A stretch of 64,000 nt of DNA, taken from the NCBI GenBank assembly GCA_964016885.1, contig OZ024745.1:29698001-29762000 (forward strand). Direction: 5' to 3'. The notes under the pieces were generated by a model. The model saw nothing but the letters and a program-made list of their open reading frames with translations. It had not been told where the DNA came from and did no database searches. Every line of letters begins with the position of its first letter. Position 1 is the first letter of the stretch. Shown in pieces: positions 14,023-28,031 of the stretch. Made by a program: the position numbers and the translations under genes. Source of the DNA: Eledone cirrhosa (taxonomy: Eukaryota).

Positions 14023-14600
14023 ATGTGTGTCTGAGAGAGAAGATTTAACCAGTTTTAAACTAGTAAGACCATTATTCAACAGAGTACACGATAGTGTGAC
14101 GTGTATATATTTTATTCACAGTTGTATAAATAACATTCCAAATTGTACACCATTCTTTCTAATATAGTGTGTATATGTGTGAAATACAAGGTAAAAACTA
14201 TTGTTATGTTTCGTCATTCTTATTTGCTATTCGTACTGTACCGGCTTTCCTAATACATTCTTAATATACCCCCCCCCCCCCCGCATATATATATATATAT
14301 ATATATATAGTAGAATAATCGAGAATCGGAATATCAGCCCACGAAATCACGATAAACAATATCCAACATGTGTGACAGAGGGCTCAATAATTTGGATAAA
14401 TCAGAGCTATAACCATCGTTAAATTACCAACACATAGAGATTATGCCTAAAATCACCCGTGCAGCCGAAAAAGAACGACCAGGAAGATTCGGGTCACTCA
14501 AATAAAATATCAATAAATTAGTAAAAAATTGAACGGGAACAAAACAGAGAGGCAGTACGAACAAAGGTTTATTAGTTCCACGCTCTTGAGAGTGGGGTGG

Positions 14601-14680
<80 letters not shown>

Positions 14681-14690
14681 TTATATATAA

Positions 14691-14891
14691 ATCAAGATGG
14701 ATTCAGTAAGAAACTGGTTAGACTATTACACACCAGAGTACTCGATACTTGGCGTAGTAGAGTATGGTTATATGAATGAGTCAGGACCCCGACGACTGAG
14801 CTCTTGCCGTTTCAACAGCTAGTTCCAGACTCTGGAATTAGCTGTTGAAACGACAAGAACTCAGCCGTCGGGGACCTGACTCATTCATATA
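14691..14891 (-). mobile_element. Fold-back PLE-like element (family A), second copy
   Basis: Arms 14770-14829 and 14831-14891. Homologous to 7287-7533 with the same apex position; GAAAC...GCCGTC half-hammerhead. Confidence 0.65.
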
Positions 14892-14905
14892 TATATATAT
14901 ATATA

Positions 14906-15105
14906 ATATAGAAATGGCTTCTACAGGACTAGAACTGTTTCATTCGGGAGAAATCATCAGGAAAGCCCTGATGATTTCTCCCGAATGAAACAGTTCTAGT
15001 CCTGTAGAAGCCATTTCTATATTAAATATTTATACTCTGCTATGTATTGAGTACCTTACTTACTGTGGTTACCCCCCCCCCCCCCCCATTGAACCCGGGA
15101 TAAAC
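14906..15105 (+). mobile_element. Fold-back PLE-like element (family C) with a hammerhead core on each arm
   Basis: Arms about 14906-14961 and 14967-15023. Core CTGATGA-tTTC tccc GAAt-GAAA-CAG ttctagtc CTG-TA-GAAGCC. The minus-strand arm (14916-14967) retains stem I (GGCtTTC/GAAGCC). Confidence 0.75.
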
Positions 15106-15425
15106 ATACATATATATATATAACGATGACATAACTACAGCTTAGTACCTCCACCTGATTTTATTTCATAACTTAATAGTTTTCCATAGATACATTCACA
15201 AAGATGTAGATTACGATTATGTTTATAAAATTATAAAACAAAATAATTGTCATTACCGACTCTTTTGAAGTCATGGTGAATATTACTATTGTTATTTTTA
15301 TTATTAGAAGCGATCTATTGAAAGACAGTAAAATATATGAAATTGTTGTTACAAGTATTTTAAGTTCGGTTTAATAGCCGATAGCGTAAAGACAGCCTGG
15401 TTGAGAATATAAGCATATCATCCTC

Positions 15426-15744
15426 ATCAGAAAACAACACAGTTCCCATGACTTTCGGAAACATTTTTTCACGCTCAGAGTTGCTGAAGCATAGAACAAA
15501 CTACCTGCATCAGTTGTTAGCTGTCGAGACACTGCATCCTTTAAGGCCTCCATGCTTCCCGAGATCCGCCAACACTACAGCTAATGTTCCCCCTCCATAC
15601 ACATACACACATGTATACCATGACTCATACACTATTCACTTCCCTGACATTTGTGTATTATTCTATTTACTATACATACACCTTTGACGAGTTGTAGTGC
15701 ACCTGAGCACTTTACACAATAATTTCATTATTATTATTATTATT
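15426..15744 (+). mobile_element. CR1-like LINE 3' fragment with (ATT)n tail
   Basis: Homologous to the 3' end of the element at 37264-40035 (IRKQHSSHDFRKHFFTLRVAEA). Confidence 0.88.
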
Positions 15745-16788
15745 ACGGTGATCATGTGTGGTCGCCGTTTGCTAGACACGTATTTCCCCAGCTCGTTTCC
15801 TTGACGGAGCTGCAGTCCTGGGTCAAGCGAAAACCGAGAGGGAGCGCCTGGAGACTGGAATGTCTTCAGGCGCTCACAGCCCTCGACCAATCGGGCAATG
15901 TGATCGGTGGAAAATCCACCTCGGCGTTCTATAGAGGATTAGTGGAGGGGAAGAGCGACGACGTACTTGGGGAAATTCTAGGCGTCGACGAAAATCAACT
16001 AGCCAATCTCTTCGGAAGAACTTTCGGGCCGGGGCCTATGGACAACTTCCAGAAATCTCTGGCCTGGCAGTGCTACCGAGGAGCCTTGCCAGTTCGGGAT
16101 AAACTCTACAGGTATGGAGGTGCCGTCAGCCGGGCATGTCCGAGATGCGCGCAGGGCAACGAAACCGTCCTGCACGCACTCGTCCAGTGTCCGAAAATTG
16201 CTGACTTGTGGGTTTATGTCGAACATCTGCTGTCGCGTGTAGGACGGATCCGGCTATCATCTGAGTCCATCGTGAGAATTGCCCTGCCCTCTTCCTTTAG
16301 CCGGGAAGGGCAGGCAGTTTTTATGTCTGGTGGCCATGGCGAAAGAGATAGTACGAGCACTTACCTCTTCGGTGATGCCCTGATTGACTTTTTCAAATTT
16401 CATTTGAAAAGGAAAATCAGAGTAGAGAGGGAAGTGCTATCTTCCCAGCATTTTGTTGAAAGATGGGTGAGAGAAGCAAGAATGGCCCGAGTGAATGGGC
16501 CTACTCTGAGTATGTATCTGTAAATTAAAGGTGGAAAACTGGGAGAGGGCACTTGCCTTGGTGGTCAGGGTCACTGTGGCCTTTTACTGGGCTTTCTACA
16601 CAAATGTCCCTCCGAAGTCCCCCCCCCCCCCCCCCCCCCCCGATTGGGAAATTTTTCATTGTTTTTTTTTATTACATCCTCTGTTTTTGTTTTTTACACG
16701 CAGAAATGGCCATTTGTACCGTCCTGTATTGTCCTGCACTGTCCTTAATGTCTACTTTATGTAAACCCTTGTGGTTAATAAAGAACTC
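15745..16788 (+). mobile_element. 5'-truncated Tx1/L1-clade element inserted in (ATT)n
   Basis: ORF 15756-16523 has CPRC...ETVLHALVQC and a C-terminus (ARMARVNGPTL) homologous to 3211-3640. AATAAA is followed by (ATT)n. Confidence 0.85.
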
Positions 16789-16882
16789 ATTATTATTATT
16801 ATTATCATCATCATCTGGAAGGGTGGCACGGGTCCTATATAATATGAATTTATATACAATATGTTTATGTATAATAAACACT

Positions 16883-16948
<66 letters not shown>

Positions 16949-17098
16949 ATATATATATATATATAGTGAAAAAATGGAACGGGAACAAAACAGAGAGGCA
17001 GTACGAACAAAGGTTTATTAGTTTCACGCTCTTGAGAGTGGGGGAGGGGGTTAACAATAGTAATAAATAGAAAATATCATTTATAATACCATATTTAT

Positions 17099-17152
17099 TT
17101 TATTAAACGTATTTCAAGGACACAAAGTTTTTGTGTGCTTTCATCAGATAAA
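17099..17152 (-). ncRNA. Type I hammerhead ribozyme motif in a PLE-like remnant
   Basis: UUUAU-CUGAUGA-AAGcACACAAA aac UUUGUGUcCUU-GAAA-UACGUU-UA-AUAAA. Confidence 0.75.
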
Positions 17153-17352
17153 ATATATTTGGTGTTAAGATATTGACATACCTTAGCAGTCTTAATAGTA
17201 TAAGCTCGCTAATGGCAGTGAGGAGAAATTCAAATCACAAGTGATATAAGTTAACAAGGATACATTAAAACAGAAAAGGACCGTTATTATAGACGCTAGA
17301 AAATGTTTAAAAAATAGCGTATTTATATTGGTCGTGTGGCGGAAAACTCATT

Positions 17353-17408
<56 letters not shown>

Positions 17409-18456
17409 CAGTACACGCACGCCTGATCATAATAAAAGTTTATGTTGACACATCGTAGATATTTTTAATAGTTTTTAATTTAGGCGTAAGGCCAACAATT
17501 TGTGAAGAGGGGAAGTCGATTAAATTGACCCCAATGCGTGATTGGCACTTTATTTTATCGACCCTGTTAGGATGAAAGTCAAAGGTAAGGTCAAGCGGTA
17601 TTTGAACTCAGAACATAAAAGGACAATAAGCTGCTCTTACACCGGTGACTATTCAGTAGCTTAAAATACTATATGTATGTTTATTAAACACAAACATATT
17701 TTATACGTGTGCATATATACTTTCATTCATTACATATAAATAGTATATGTATGTATAAATAAATAAAAATCCAGAAATACTTTTATATTGTGTTCTTCCA
17801 TGGGTACTGGGATAGCTGTGATATAATCACAATTTAAAATACTTCCAATTAAACTGTGTGTATATTAATCATAAATATATTCTATATGCTTTCATAGACA
17901 TCTGTCCATATTTATTTATTTATTTATTTATTTATTGGCGTTAAAATCTTCATTGTACTGTCGGCGACCTGATAAATTGTTTATAATTCTTACAGAATGA
18001 AAATATAAACACAATATATATACAATTAATAATTACTAGGAACCTTATATATATAATACACAAAATATATAATCAAAGCGAGAGAGAGAAAAAAAAGTTA
18101 AATTGTGTCCACGTTTGAGGTTTTTACGATGCCAACATACTTTCATTTGGCTGATATCACATAATTGATTTACTTTGTCTGAGATATTATAATACTGCCA
18201 GGGAAATGTTTCGCTTTGGGTATATAAAATGTCAGGCAATTTAACAGCAGAGTATGAGTAGGGTTATGGTTCCCTCGTCGAGTGTTATGTGTGTGTTAAT
18301 GTGTACGAACGTAGTTAGGGTATTTGACTCGTAGAGGGTGAGGGTGTTCTTCAGCAATCTGTATCTGTTAATGTAATAAATAACTGTGCACCACAACTCA
18401 GCCTAGGATTGAGTGCTCTGCTAACGTTGAGTATTTATTATGAAATTAGGATCCAC

Positions 18457-18489
<33 letters not shown>

Positions 18490-19131
18490 ATGGAACAATT
18501 AAAACAAAAAAGATGAGGTTTAGTGCTTAATTAATATGTTAGAAGGCGGCGAATTGGCAAAGTTGTTAAAACGTCAGATAGAATACTTTGATATTCGTTC
18601 CAGCTCTCTACTCTCTGAGTTCAAATTCCGCCGAGGTCAACTTTGCTTTTCGTCCATTCGAGGCCGATAAAAAAAGTACCAGTCAAGTACTGGGGTCGAT
18701 TCTTCCTCCATATCATCTCTTTCTCACTTCCATTCTCTCACTCTTTATCAACTCTGTTAGAAATATACTGTATTCAGACGTGGCGAGAAGACGGGCTCCG
18801 TCAGGTTTTAAAATGCCCTAAAAAACGACGTATGTCTATATGGTACCCCCTCTGACTTCCTCGGAAGTTACGGGACGATACAACCATACATAGTTCATTG
18901 TTATACGATCGTTTGAAAAAGTTGACAGAACTATGATAATATCGATATATTGACTAATTGCAATTATGTAACTTAATATTATTAGCTCGTTTATGAGACC
19001 TGTTTATTACTATGGTACAACTCGTCTAACCCATGCTATAATGGAAAATAGATGTTAAACGGTGATGGTGGGTTATATATATATATATACATATTATATA
19101 TACATATTATGTTAGTTGATATATTAAATTA

Positions 19132-19175
<44 letters not shown>

Positions 19176-19224
19176 TATATATATATATATATATATTTAT
19201 TTATTTATATATATATATATATAC

Positions 19225-19295
<71 letters not shown>

Positions 19296-19316
19296 TATAT
19301 ATATATAAATAAATAA

Positions 19317-19348
<32 letters not shown>

Positions 19349-19357
19349 TTATTTATT

Positions 19358-19434
<77 letters not shown>

Positions 19435-19505
19435 GCACACATATATATACACACATACATATATCCTTATAGTAAGTATTTATGTAATCACACTTATATT
19501 TCCAG

Positions 19506-19597
19506 GCGTTGGTAAAACCTCACTTGTACAACTTCTCTGCCATGGAGAAGCAACTAATAATCCAGCCTACACAATTGGATGTTCTGTTGAAGTTGCT
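19506..19597 (+). CDS. RABL3: Rab-like protein 3, exon 2 ([31 protein letters not shown])
   Basis: Completes the P-loop GDSGVGKT; ag/gtaagt boundaries; phases fit. Confidence 0.93.
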
Positions 19598-19668
19598 GTA
19601 AGTATTCAAATACAGGTGCATATATATATATATATAAAACACAAGTGTTTATATATACATATTAAGTG

Positions 19669-19731
<63 letters not shown>

Positions 19732-19820
19732 CAAGTGTTTATATATACATATTAAGTGTTTATTTATATATATATATATATATATATAAAACACAAGTGT
19801 TTATATATACATATTAAGTG

Positions 19821-19857
<37 letters not shown>

Positions 19858-19862
19858 GTGTT

Positions 19863-19893
<31 letters not shown>

Positions 19894-19951
19894 GTGTTTA
19901 TATATATATATATATATATACACAGGTCTTTATATATATATATATATATAT

Positions 19952-21586
19952 GAGAAGTACCTAGCTAAAAGTAAACCCCTATACTTAGCTTTTGTTGACT
20001 TGGAGAAAGCCTTCGACAGAGTCCCCCGTTCCATTATCTGGTGGGCTCTTAGAAAACTAGGTGTTGACGAATGGCTTGTGAGAGCTATACAAGCCATGTA
20101 TAAAGAAACAGTCAGCAAGGTTAGAATTAACAACAAATATAGTGAAGGGTTTAGCGTAAAAGTTGGTGTCCATCAGGGCTCTGTTCTTAGCCCCCTACTA
20201 TTTATTATTGCCCTTCAGGCTATAACAGAGGAGTTCAAGACCGGCTGCCCATGGGAACTCCTATACGCAGATGATCTAACGCTCATAGCTGAATCAATGA
20301 CCGAGCTAGAGAAGAAATTCCGAACATGGAAGCACGGCCTAGAATCAAAAGGCCTTAAAATTAACCTGGCTAAGACTAAAGTTCTAGTTTGTAGGAAAGA
20401 AAATAAGGTGGCGGTCCCTTCCGGGAAATGGCCATGCTCAGTGTGTAGGAAAGGCGTAGGTAGAAACTCCATTTTATGTCCCAAATGTAAAGTATGGGTG
20501 CATAAAAGATGTAGTGGGATCACAGGTAAGCTAACTAAGAACATAGATTTTACATGTGGCCGGTGCTCTGGTGCAATAAGTAGCAGCAAGTGCCCACAAA
20601 ATACTAGCTCTTTCAATTGCGCAGAGGGTTCTATAGAAATAGTGGACAGCTTCCGTTACCTGGGTGACAAAATCAGCAGTGGGGGAGGGTGCTCTGAAGG
20701 TACAGTAGCTAGAGTCAGAACTGGATGGAAAAAGTTCAGAGAGCTTATACCACTATTAGCCGCTAAAGGGTTCTCCCTAAAAATGAAAGGCAGGTTATAT
20801 GATGCCTGCATACGAACAGCAATGCTGCATGGCAGTGAGACCTGGGCATTGTGTGCAGAGGATATATGCAGACTAGAGAGGAACGAAGCTTGCATGCTCC
20901 GCTGGATGTGTAATAGTAATATACGTGAACGGCTAAGCATAAACGAACTAAGGAAAAAATTAGAAATAAGAGGGATCAGATGTTGTTTACTCGAGAGAAG
21001 GCTACGTTGGTATGGTCACGTGATGCGCATGAAAGACGACAGCTGTATAACAAAGTGCAGGGCAATAAAGATAGACAGTAGCCACGGAGTAGGCAGACCC
21101 AGAAAAACCTGGGACGACATGATAAATTCCGACCTCACACGCTTCACCTCTCCAAGACAATGTCACTGGACCGAGACCTTTGGCGGTACTCAGTAATAGA
21201 GAAGACCCGCCTTACCTAAATACAAAGTAAAACCTACTACAGTCAGTAGGCATCTCTAACAAAATACACCCCCACCCCACCCACACCGCCCCTTTCAATG
21301 TAAAGTTATGTTGGTGCCACAACATCTAGGCCGAAACAAATGAGATTGTGTAGGTGTCACGACAAAAAACACACAGTCCACGCTGTAATGTGGCCGTGTA
21401 GGCAACACGGTAAAAACCTCCCAGCCCCACACTGTAAATGTGGTTGGTGTTAGGAAGGGCATCCAGCTGTAGAAAACCCGCCAGACAGTCCTACGCGAGC
21501 AAGACAATCACTCTTGCCTCAAGTGGGAAAACCCCCGTCCAAACCCATGCAAGCGTGGAACACGGACGTTAAACGTTGATGATGAT
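19952..21586 (+). mobile_element. RTE-clade LINE, 5'-truncated, with RT C-half, PHD-like Cys cluster, 3' UTR and (GAT)n tail
   Basis: ORF 20000-21196 has DLEKAFDRVP, GVHQGSVLSP, LLYADDL, CSVC..CPKC..H..C..CGRC and RRLRWYGHV. Lies in RABL3 intron 2. Confidence 0.93.
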
Positions 21587-22192
21587 ATGTATATATATGC
21601 AAAAGTTCTATTTAAATTGTTGGGATACAACAAGTAAATATTTTTATATCTGATATAAAGCACTCAACAATTATTTGGAGTAAACATACGATATTAATAA
21701 ATGGAAACTATATTTATAAAACCATATTTATGCAAATGAACATCACTAGTCAATGTTTTGTACACAAAAGCATACAAGCTCTAGCTTATTCTTGTCTTGG
21801 CACCAAGTGAGTAAATGTCATCAATGTTAGGTAAAAATCTAGAAATGCATGCCTGGTATTCTCACATGGCTACTGTGACAGCTGTGACATGATCACTGCT
21901 TAAAACATTCATAGCAAAACTATTGGATGTTTATTGTACACAAACATATTGTATATGCCTTTATATACACGCCTATTATTGATGTCAGGAAGAACATCCA
22001 GCCATAAAAACCAAGTCAGAATGAAGCATACAAGCAAGACCTAATCACCTGACTGGTCAGACCTCAGCATGTGACAGCCATGTAATCCATGCAATCATGG
22101 AAAATAGATGTTAAATTATGATAATGAAAGTAAGATGTCATCATCATCATCCCTGTTTACTATAATATCTCTATCTTTGTATCAACCCACAG

Positions 22193-22310
22193 TTACATGA
22201 ATATAAAGCTGGAACTGCTGATGAACGGACATTTTTTGTGGAATTGTGGGATATTGGTGGTGCCACACAGCACAAAAATAGCAGATATATCTTTTACAAT
22301 CCCATACATG
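22193..22310 (+). CDS. RABL3: Rab-like protein 3, exon 3 (LHEYKAGTADERTFFVELWDIGGATQHKNSRYIFYNPIH/G)
   Basis: ELWDIGG G3-like box typical of RABL3; canonical splice sites. Confidence 0.94.
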
Positions 22311-23710
22311 GTATGTAAAATATTTCACACACCTATTTGCATATATTAACATATATCTTCCATAACTGTCTCTTTCTGTTCAGCTGAGGATATAACAATC
22401 ACCTTAATGGTTGGTGTCAAAATAAAATGTACCCAGTACCCTGTGACATGGTAGTACTGCTGCCACAATATAATGCACCCAGTACACTTTCTAAAGTGAT
22501 AGTCCTGGTGCCACAATAAAATGAAACCCAGTACGCTCTGTGTGTTTGTGTTTCTCTATGAATGCATTTGTACATATGTGTGTTTGTGTTTGGGTATGTG
22601 TATTTGTGTGTGCATGTGTTTGTATATGTATGTCCGACCCATGCCAGCATGGAAAGTGGATGTAAAATGCTCATACTGTATGTGTGAAAGGTAGACCATA
22701 CAGTACCTGGGTACAGTGTGTGATACTGCATAATAGCAGTACATGGACTTTGAATGCAGAAGATTTATGGATAAAGAATAAAAATGAAGTGATGTGTAAA
22801 GTTAACATACATGATTGATAGAGCTTAAAATAAGCTGAGAGAAAAACTTGGCATAAAAGGAATTGGATGTTGTCTGCCAGAGAGTCAATTGTATTGGTGT
22901 GGACATATAATGTATATGGATGATGGCAGCTGTATAAATATACAGAAATGTTGAGCATCCACACTGGATGGAACTTGTGGAAGAAAAACATCACTGTGGT
23001 GGAAACTGATCTTAGGATGGTGAAGCTCTCGAAGGAGATGTCAAAAGACCAGAAGTCGTGTCCCCCCCGTGTGAACCTTGTGGTTACCATGTCACATACA
23101 TTGATAAAGTGAAACAGGATACTCACCTGGAATCTATCCAAGAACTGAAGATGGCAATGATGGATAGAGAAGTGTTGAAAAGGGGCTTTGTTGTCTTGGG
23201 CCTGATATCATTGGCACTTGAGTTCTTAGCTCCTTAGACTAACTATGATATGTACCTCCTTTTCTCAGTTATACACCCCCACTTCACTCTGTTATGTGCC
23301 CCTTACAATTTGGTAAGCTGAAAAAAATAGTTTTTAACACGTCATGCTCTGATCACACTATGAAATTACTGCATTTCCCACTATACAGTCTATGCTCACC
23401 CACACCAAATCACGTAGTTGGTCATAACACTATATAACCTTCTCTACTGCTTCAGATATTTCCACGATACTGTTGTATATCAAAGATTTTAATTTATGTA
23501 TTGATCACAGGAAATCATTATGTATATAATTTAATCATACAAATTTGTATAAAACTAATTTTTTAAGGTTTAGTAATCTGTCCCTCTAAGGTCTGTCAAG
23601 AATATGGACCCCAAAATCAGTCAGTGTTCTGAGGATGGGGTTAAAACCTTCTGTTGGCTCCCTAAAATTGGTTTGTCAATCAGTTTCCATTTTTCCTCTG
23701 TCTCTTTTAG

Positions 23711-23825
23711 GAATCATTCTTGTTCATGACTTGACCAACCGAAAATCTCACCAGAATTTAAGGAAATGGTTGACAGAAGTTTTAAACAAAGGAACCAGTA
23801 AAGGGAATGGCAGAGATTTCAATGA
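23711..23825 (+). CDS. RABL3: Rab-like protein 3, exon 4 (IILVHDLTNRKSHQNLRKWLTEVLNK...)
   Basis: VHDLTN.KS.QNL..W signature; phases 1 and 2 fit the neighbouring exons. Confidence 0.93.
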
Positions 23826-23954
23826 GTAGGTAGACATAGTCAACCCCTGTTTTCTATTTCTTTATCAGCTCCTCAACATCATTACCACTTTTGTTGTCAA
23901 CACCTTCATCATTATCATCACATCATGATAGAATGCAATTAGTACACTAGAAGG

Positions 23955-24350
23955 TAGCAGTGTTGGGGCCACAATAAAATGCTCCCAGTAAACTCTGTAA
24001 AGTGATAGTGTTGGTACCATGATAAAATGTACCCAGAACACTCTGTAAACTGGTAGTTTTGGTGCCTTGATAAAATGTAGCCAGTAAACTCTCTAAAGTA
24101 GTAGTGTTGGTGCCACAATAAAATACACCCAATATATTCTGTAAAATGGTAGTGATGGTGCCACAATAAAATACATCCAGAACACTCTGTAAAGTGGTTT
24201 GCATTAGGAAGGGTATTAAACATAGAACACGAACCAAATATGAGCAAGGTGTGGTTCTATGACCCATCTGGTCATACATTGTAACAACTCATTCAACCGA
24301 TTGCAGTATAGAATACAGATGTAAAAATGATAAGGATGAAAATGATGATG
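23955..24350 (+). repeat. RTE-3'UTR-derived element with ~46-bp tandem units; a similar array lies at about 29995-30160
   Basis: About 5 units, then TTAGGAAGGG and a (GAT)n-like tail. Confidence 0.65.
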
Positions 24351-24622
24351 GCAGCAGTGGTGATGACACCTCTCCCTCTCACCTATTTACTACTGTTGAA
24401 ATAATCCTTGACGGTTGTGATGATGATAGTTCTTGTAGTGGTGATGGTATTGGTGATGATAATGGTAATGATGATTGTTGTGGTAATAATGATATTGGTG
24501 GTGGTGGTGATGATAATGATGATGATGATGGTGATTCTACATTATACATATTGTCCCAAATCTCCCCACCATCTCTCATCTATTTATTCCAGATCTACTA
24601 ACAATCATTACTCTCATTGTAG

Positions 24623-24773
24623 ATGTGATTTTGATCCTGAACAATTTGCTGGGAACCAAATCCCAATATTGGTGGTAGGAACCAAGGTGGACTTAGCACA
24701 GAGCCTCAGAGATAACTTTCTATCAAAACGTTCAACAGTTGCTGAGGAATGTGGTGCTGGTGAAATAAACTTG
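24623..24773 (+). CDS. RABL3: Rab-like protein 3, exon 5 (CDFDPEQFAGNQIPILVVGTKVD...EINL)
   Basis: EQFA.NQIP.LV.GTK.D matches the RABL3 G4 region; gtaagt donor. Confidence 0.94.
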
Positions 24774-24794
24774 GTAAGTCAGTTGACAGATTTG

Positions 24795-25215
24795 TTAGTG
24801 AGACATGGGCAGCAACTGCTGAGGATATGTGACGGCTGGAGAGAAATGAAGCAAGCATGCTCCGTTGGATGTGTAATGTCAATGTGTGTGAACGACCAAG
24901 CATAGATGAGTTGAGAGAGAAACTGTGTATAAGAGAGATAAGTTGTAGTGTGCCGGAGAGAAGACTGTGATGGTATGGACATGTGATGTGCATGGAGGAT
25001 GGCCGCTGGGTAAAGAAGTGCCAAGAAATCCAAGTTGAAGGAAGACGAAGTAGAGGAAGACCACGAAAAACATAGGCGGAGGTGGTGAGAGCAGACCTCA
25101 GGTCGCTGAAGCTCACGGCGGAGATGATGAAGGACCGTGACAAGTGGAGAGATGCTGTGCTGAATAGGACCCGTCCCTCCCTTGCAAGCAGGGAAAAGCG
25201 TACGATGATGATGAT
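24795..25215 (+). mobile_element. RTE LINE 3' fragment (same family as 6864-7238)
   Basis: High nucleotide similarity and a (GAT)n tail. Confidence 0.85.
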
Positions 25216-26217
25216 CAGATAGAATGTTTTGTGGTATTTGTTCCTGCTTTCTGTAATATAAGTTCAAATCCTGCTGAGATCAGCTTTGCTATTCATCCTT
25301 TTGAGGTCAATAAATAAAGGTTCAGTCTAGTACTGCTGCTGATTCTTTCTCTATGAAGGTTGGCTGAAAATTCATAGTCTGACCAAGATACTCTCATGGA
25401 ATGACAAAATGAGGTTTATTTTTCAACATGTAGGTGTCACAACAAAAGGCACCCAGCCCACACTGTAAAGTGGTTGTGTAGGTATCACGACAAAAAGCAC
25501 CCAGCCCACACTGTAAATGTGGTTGGCATTATGAAGGGCATCAACCCGTAGAAACCAAGCCAAGATCGGTCCAGTGGGAGCTGGAGACAGTCATCTGTTC
25601 TGGCTTGGCTCACATCTGGACAACTTGTCTAATCCATGCTAGCGTGGAAAATGGATGTTCAATGGTGATGATGATGACAGTCCCTGGAAAGAAACAATGC
25701 TGTTATTAATAAGAAGAGTTAGATACGAGAGCAGTGGATTGGTAGTATTCATAGAGCATCAAACAAATGCATAATAGTATTTGTTCCAGAGCTTTATGTT
25801 CTGATTTAAAATCCTGCCGAGGTTAGATTTGCTTTTCATTCTTATGGGGGTCAATAAAATAAAGTACCAGTAATGCACTGGGGTCAATTTAATTGACTTT
25901 CCCCTTCCCCAAAATGTTTGGCCTTGTGCCTAAATAAACATTAATAAGAATAGTTGAAATTAATGAATCCAAGATTTCACAGCTCTAGCATCAATCCTTC
26001 ATAGTCAGCCTATGAATTTTTCAGTGGACCCTTGTATATTTTTCTCATTTGTCTCTCATTCCCTCTTTCATACTCTCATTTTTTCTGGAAGAAATTGGCT
26101 GTGTTCAAGCCTTGAAAGGGATGGGCTGCAACAGGTTTAAAGTGGTCAGTCCAGTTTGACCAATGGTCATGCTACCAACATAAACTCTACTAACAAACTA
26201 ATCTGTTTCTATTGCAG

Positions 26218-26289
26218 GATTGTAAACAAAAAAAGTTTCTAGCTCCTGGGTCAACTAATGCTGTAAAGGTGACCAAATTCTTTGACAAG
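26218..26289 (+). CDS. RABL3: Rab-like protein 3, exon 6 (DCKQKKFLAPGSTNAVKVTKFFDK)
   Basis: Matches human [24 protein letters not shown]; phase 0/0. Confidence 0.94.
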
Positions 26290-27110
26290 GTAGTATTCAT
26301 TATCATCATCATCTTCTCTATTGTATTTAGTTTGTGGGGAGTAAAGGTACACAACCTAATAGTGTGGGTTCAATTCTCAGCTGTGTGGCACATTGTGTTC
26401 TTCAGCAAGACATTTCATATCATTTTGCCCTAGTACACTCAGCTGAAAAGGAGTACCAGCAATTTTGAAAATAAGAATTTGTAGAGATTTAGTAATATGA
26501 CTAGTTTTCTCATTATTAAGCTTTTTCTTTTACACCAGAATCCATTGTAAGCTTTGAATTGTTGTAGTCTGGGTGTTTTTTAGAGGTGTGTGTGAGCCTG
26601 TTTTTTTTTGGGGGGGGGGGGGGATGTGTAATTACATAGAATTATGATGGAAGGTTTTTAGATAAATATAAACATTTAAAAATAATAATTATTATTATGA
26701 AAAGAAATAAACACTTTAGAAGGTGTTGGAATCCAAAATGCAGGTAAGACTGTAACTATAGTTGATTACTTGAGATAATAATTTTTAAAATCATGTAAAA
26801 TACCACTTTGGCTGCTAGCCACATTTTTCTGTTCAGTGATATTTTATCTGATTTTTGAGGCTATTATTTCTAGTAATCAACTGTAGTTACAGTCTTTCCT
26901 GCATTTAAGCTTCCTACATTTTCTAAAAAGAATTTCATATTACCCAGCGCTTTGATAGTTTATATAAACACTTCGAATTAAACAGTTTGATATCATTAAA
27001 CTCTGGGTAGTATCAGGTGGTGTAGTATCAAAACTGTTAAGGAAATGGGTCAATACATGATTTTAATTTCAGGTGCTATTTCTAAGTGTTATTTTTCTGT
27101 TTGATTGCAG

Positions 27111-27152
27111 GTTATTGAACGCAAGTTTTATAACAGAGAACTAGGAGGTCAG
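27111..27152 (+). CDS. RABL3: Rab-like protein 3, exon 7 (VIERKFYNRELGGQ)
   Basis: Matches VIEKRYFLREGNQ; cag and gtgagt sites. Confidence 0.9.
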
Positions 27153-28031
27153 GTGAGTAAAGAACATCAAGTCTATAAAGTCTATCTACCTGGATATACA
27201 TGCTTTGTTTCCATTGCAACAACTAAATAGTCCCTTTGTATTACCTGCCATATTAACATATTCTATGATGAAGCTGAATATATTTGACAGTGAGACTACC
27301 GTTATCAGCCTCTATGCCCTCCTCCAGTTTACCTTCCGTTTCTATATGTGTCTAGCTCTGATTCTAAAGTCGCTGATTACTAAGTTATTTTGGGTTCACT
27401 TCTCTCTAGGAAAGGACTTTTGTCTTTGCAACCATCAGTCTATCTTGACGTCTGGCAAGAATAAAGTCTATCTTGCTTTTATATTTTCCTAGTTTATAGA
27501 TGATCAAGTAACTAGCTGGTTTTCTGAAGTTAGTGTTGCAGATAGTCAGACCATTAGAATCAGAGAACTACAGGAACCTTGATCCTTCTTGATTCCTTGT
27601 ACCAAACTCGAAGCACACGTGGTTATCATGGAAGCCCTCACACATACACATGCATACATGCACACACGTGTACATACATACACACACACACCACTCACAT
27701 GCACACACACACATACTTGTTTCTGTTTCATACAAACCATTAACTTGTTCATCTTCTCTGTAGGCAGCCATGATCTCAGGTTTCAGCAGAAGATCTTAGT
27801 TTCAGGTGAGGCATCACTATACCTACCTTAATTATTTTAACCAGTCTCAGGTGAGACATCACTATATCTACCTTAATCAGTCATATGTGAGTCATCACTT
27901 TGCCTACATTAATTACATGGACAGTCTCAGACATCATATCATTCTACCTTCCTCAATTACCTCCCTTGGTTTCGTATGGGGGCATCACCATACCTATCTT
28001 AGTCTCAAGTGAGACATTGCTATTTAATATA

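Noticed and set aside
22218-22226. CTGATGA inside RABL3 exon 3 (and in lipocalin exon 4) as a ribozyme core
   Set aside because: No stem II, GAAA and helix III arrangement follows; these are chance coding matches.
24408-24905. 165-aa ORF as a standalone gene
   Set aside because: It is RABL3 exon 5 read through flanking microsatellite and RTE sequence.
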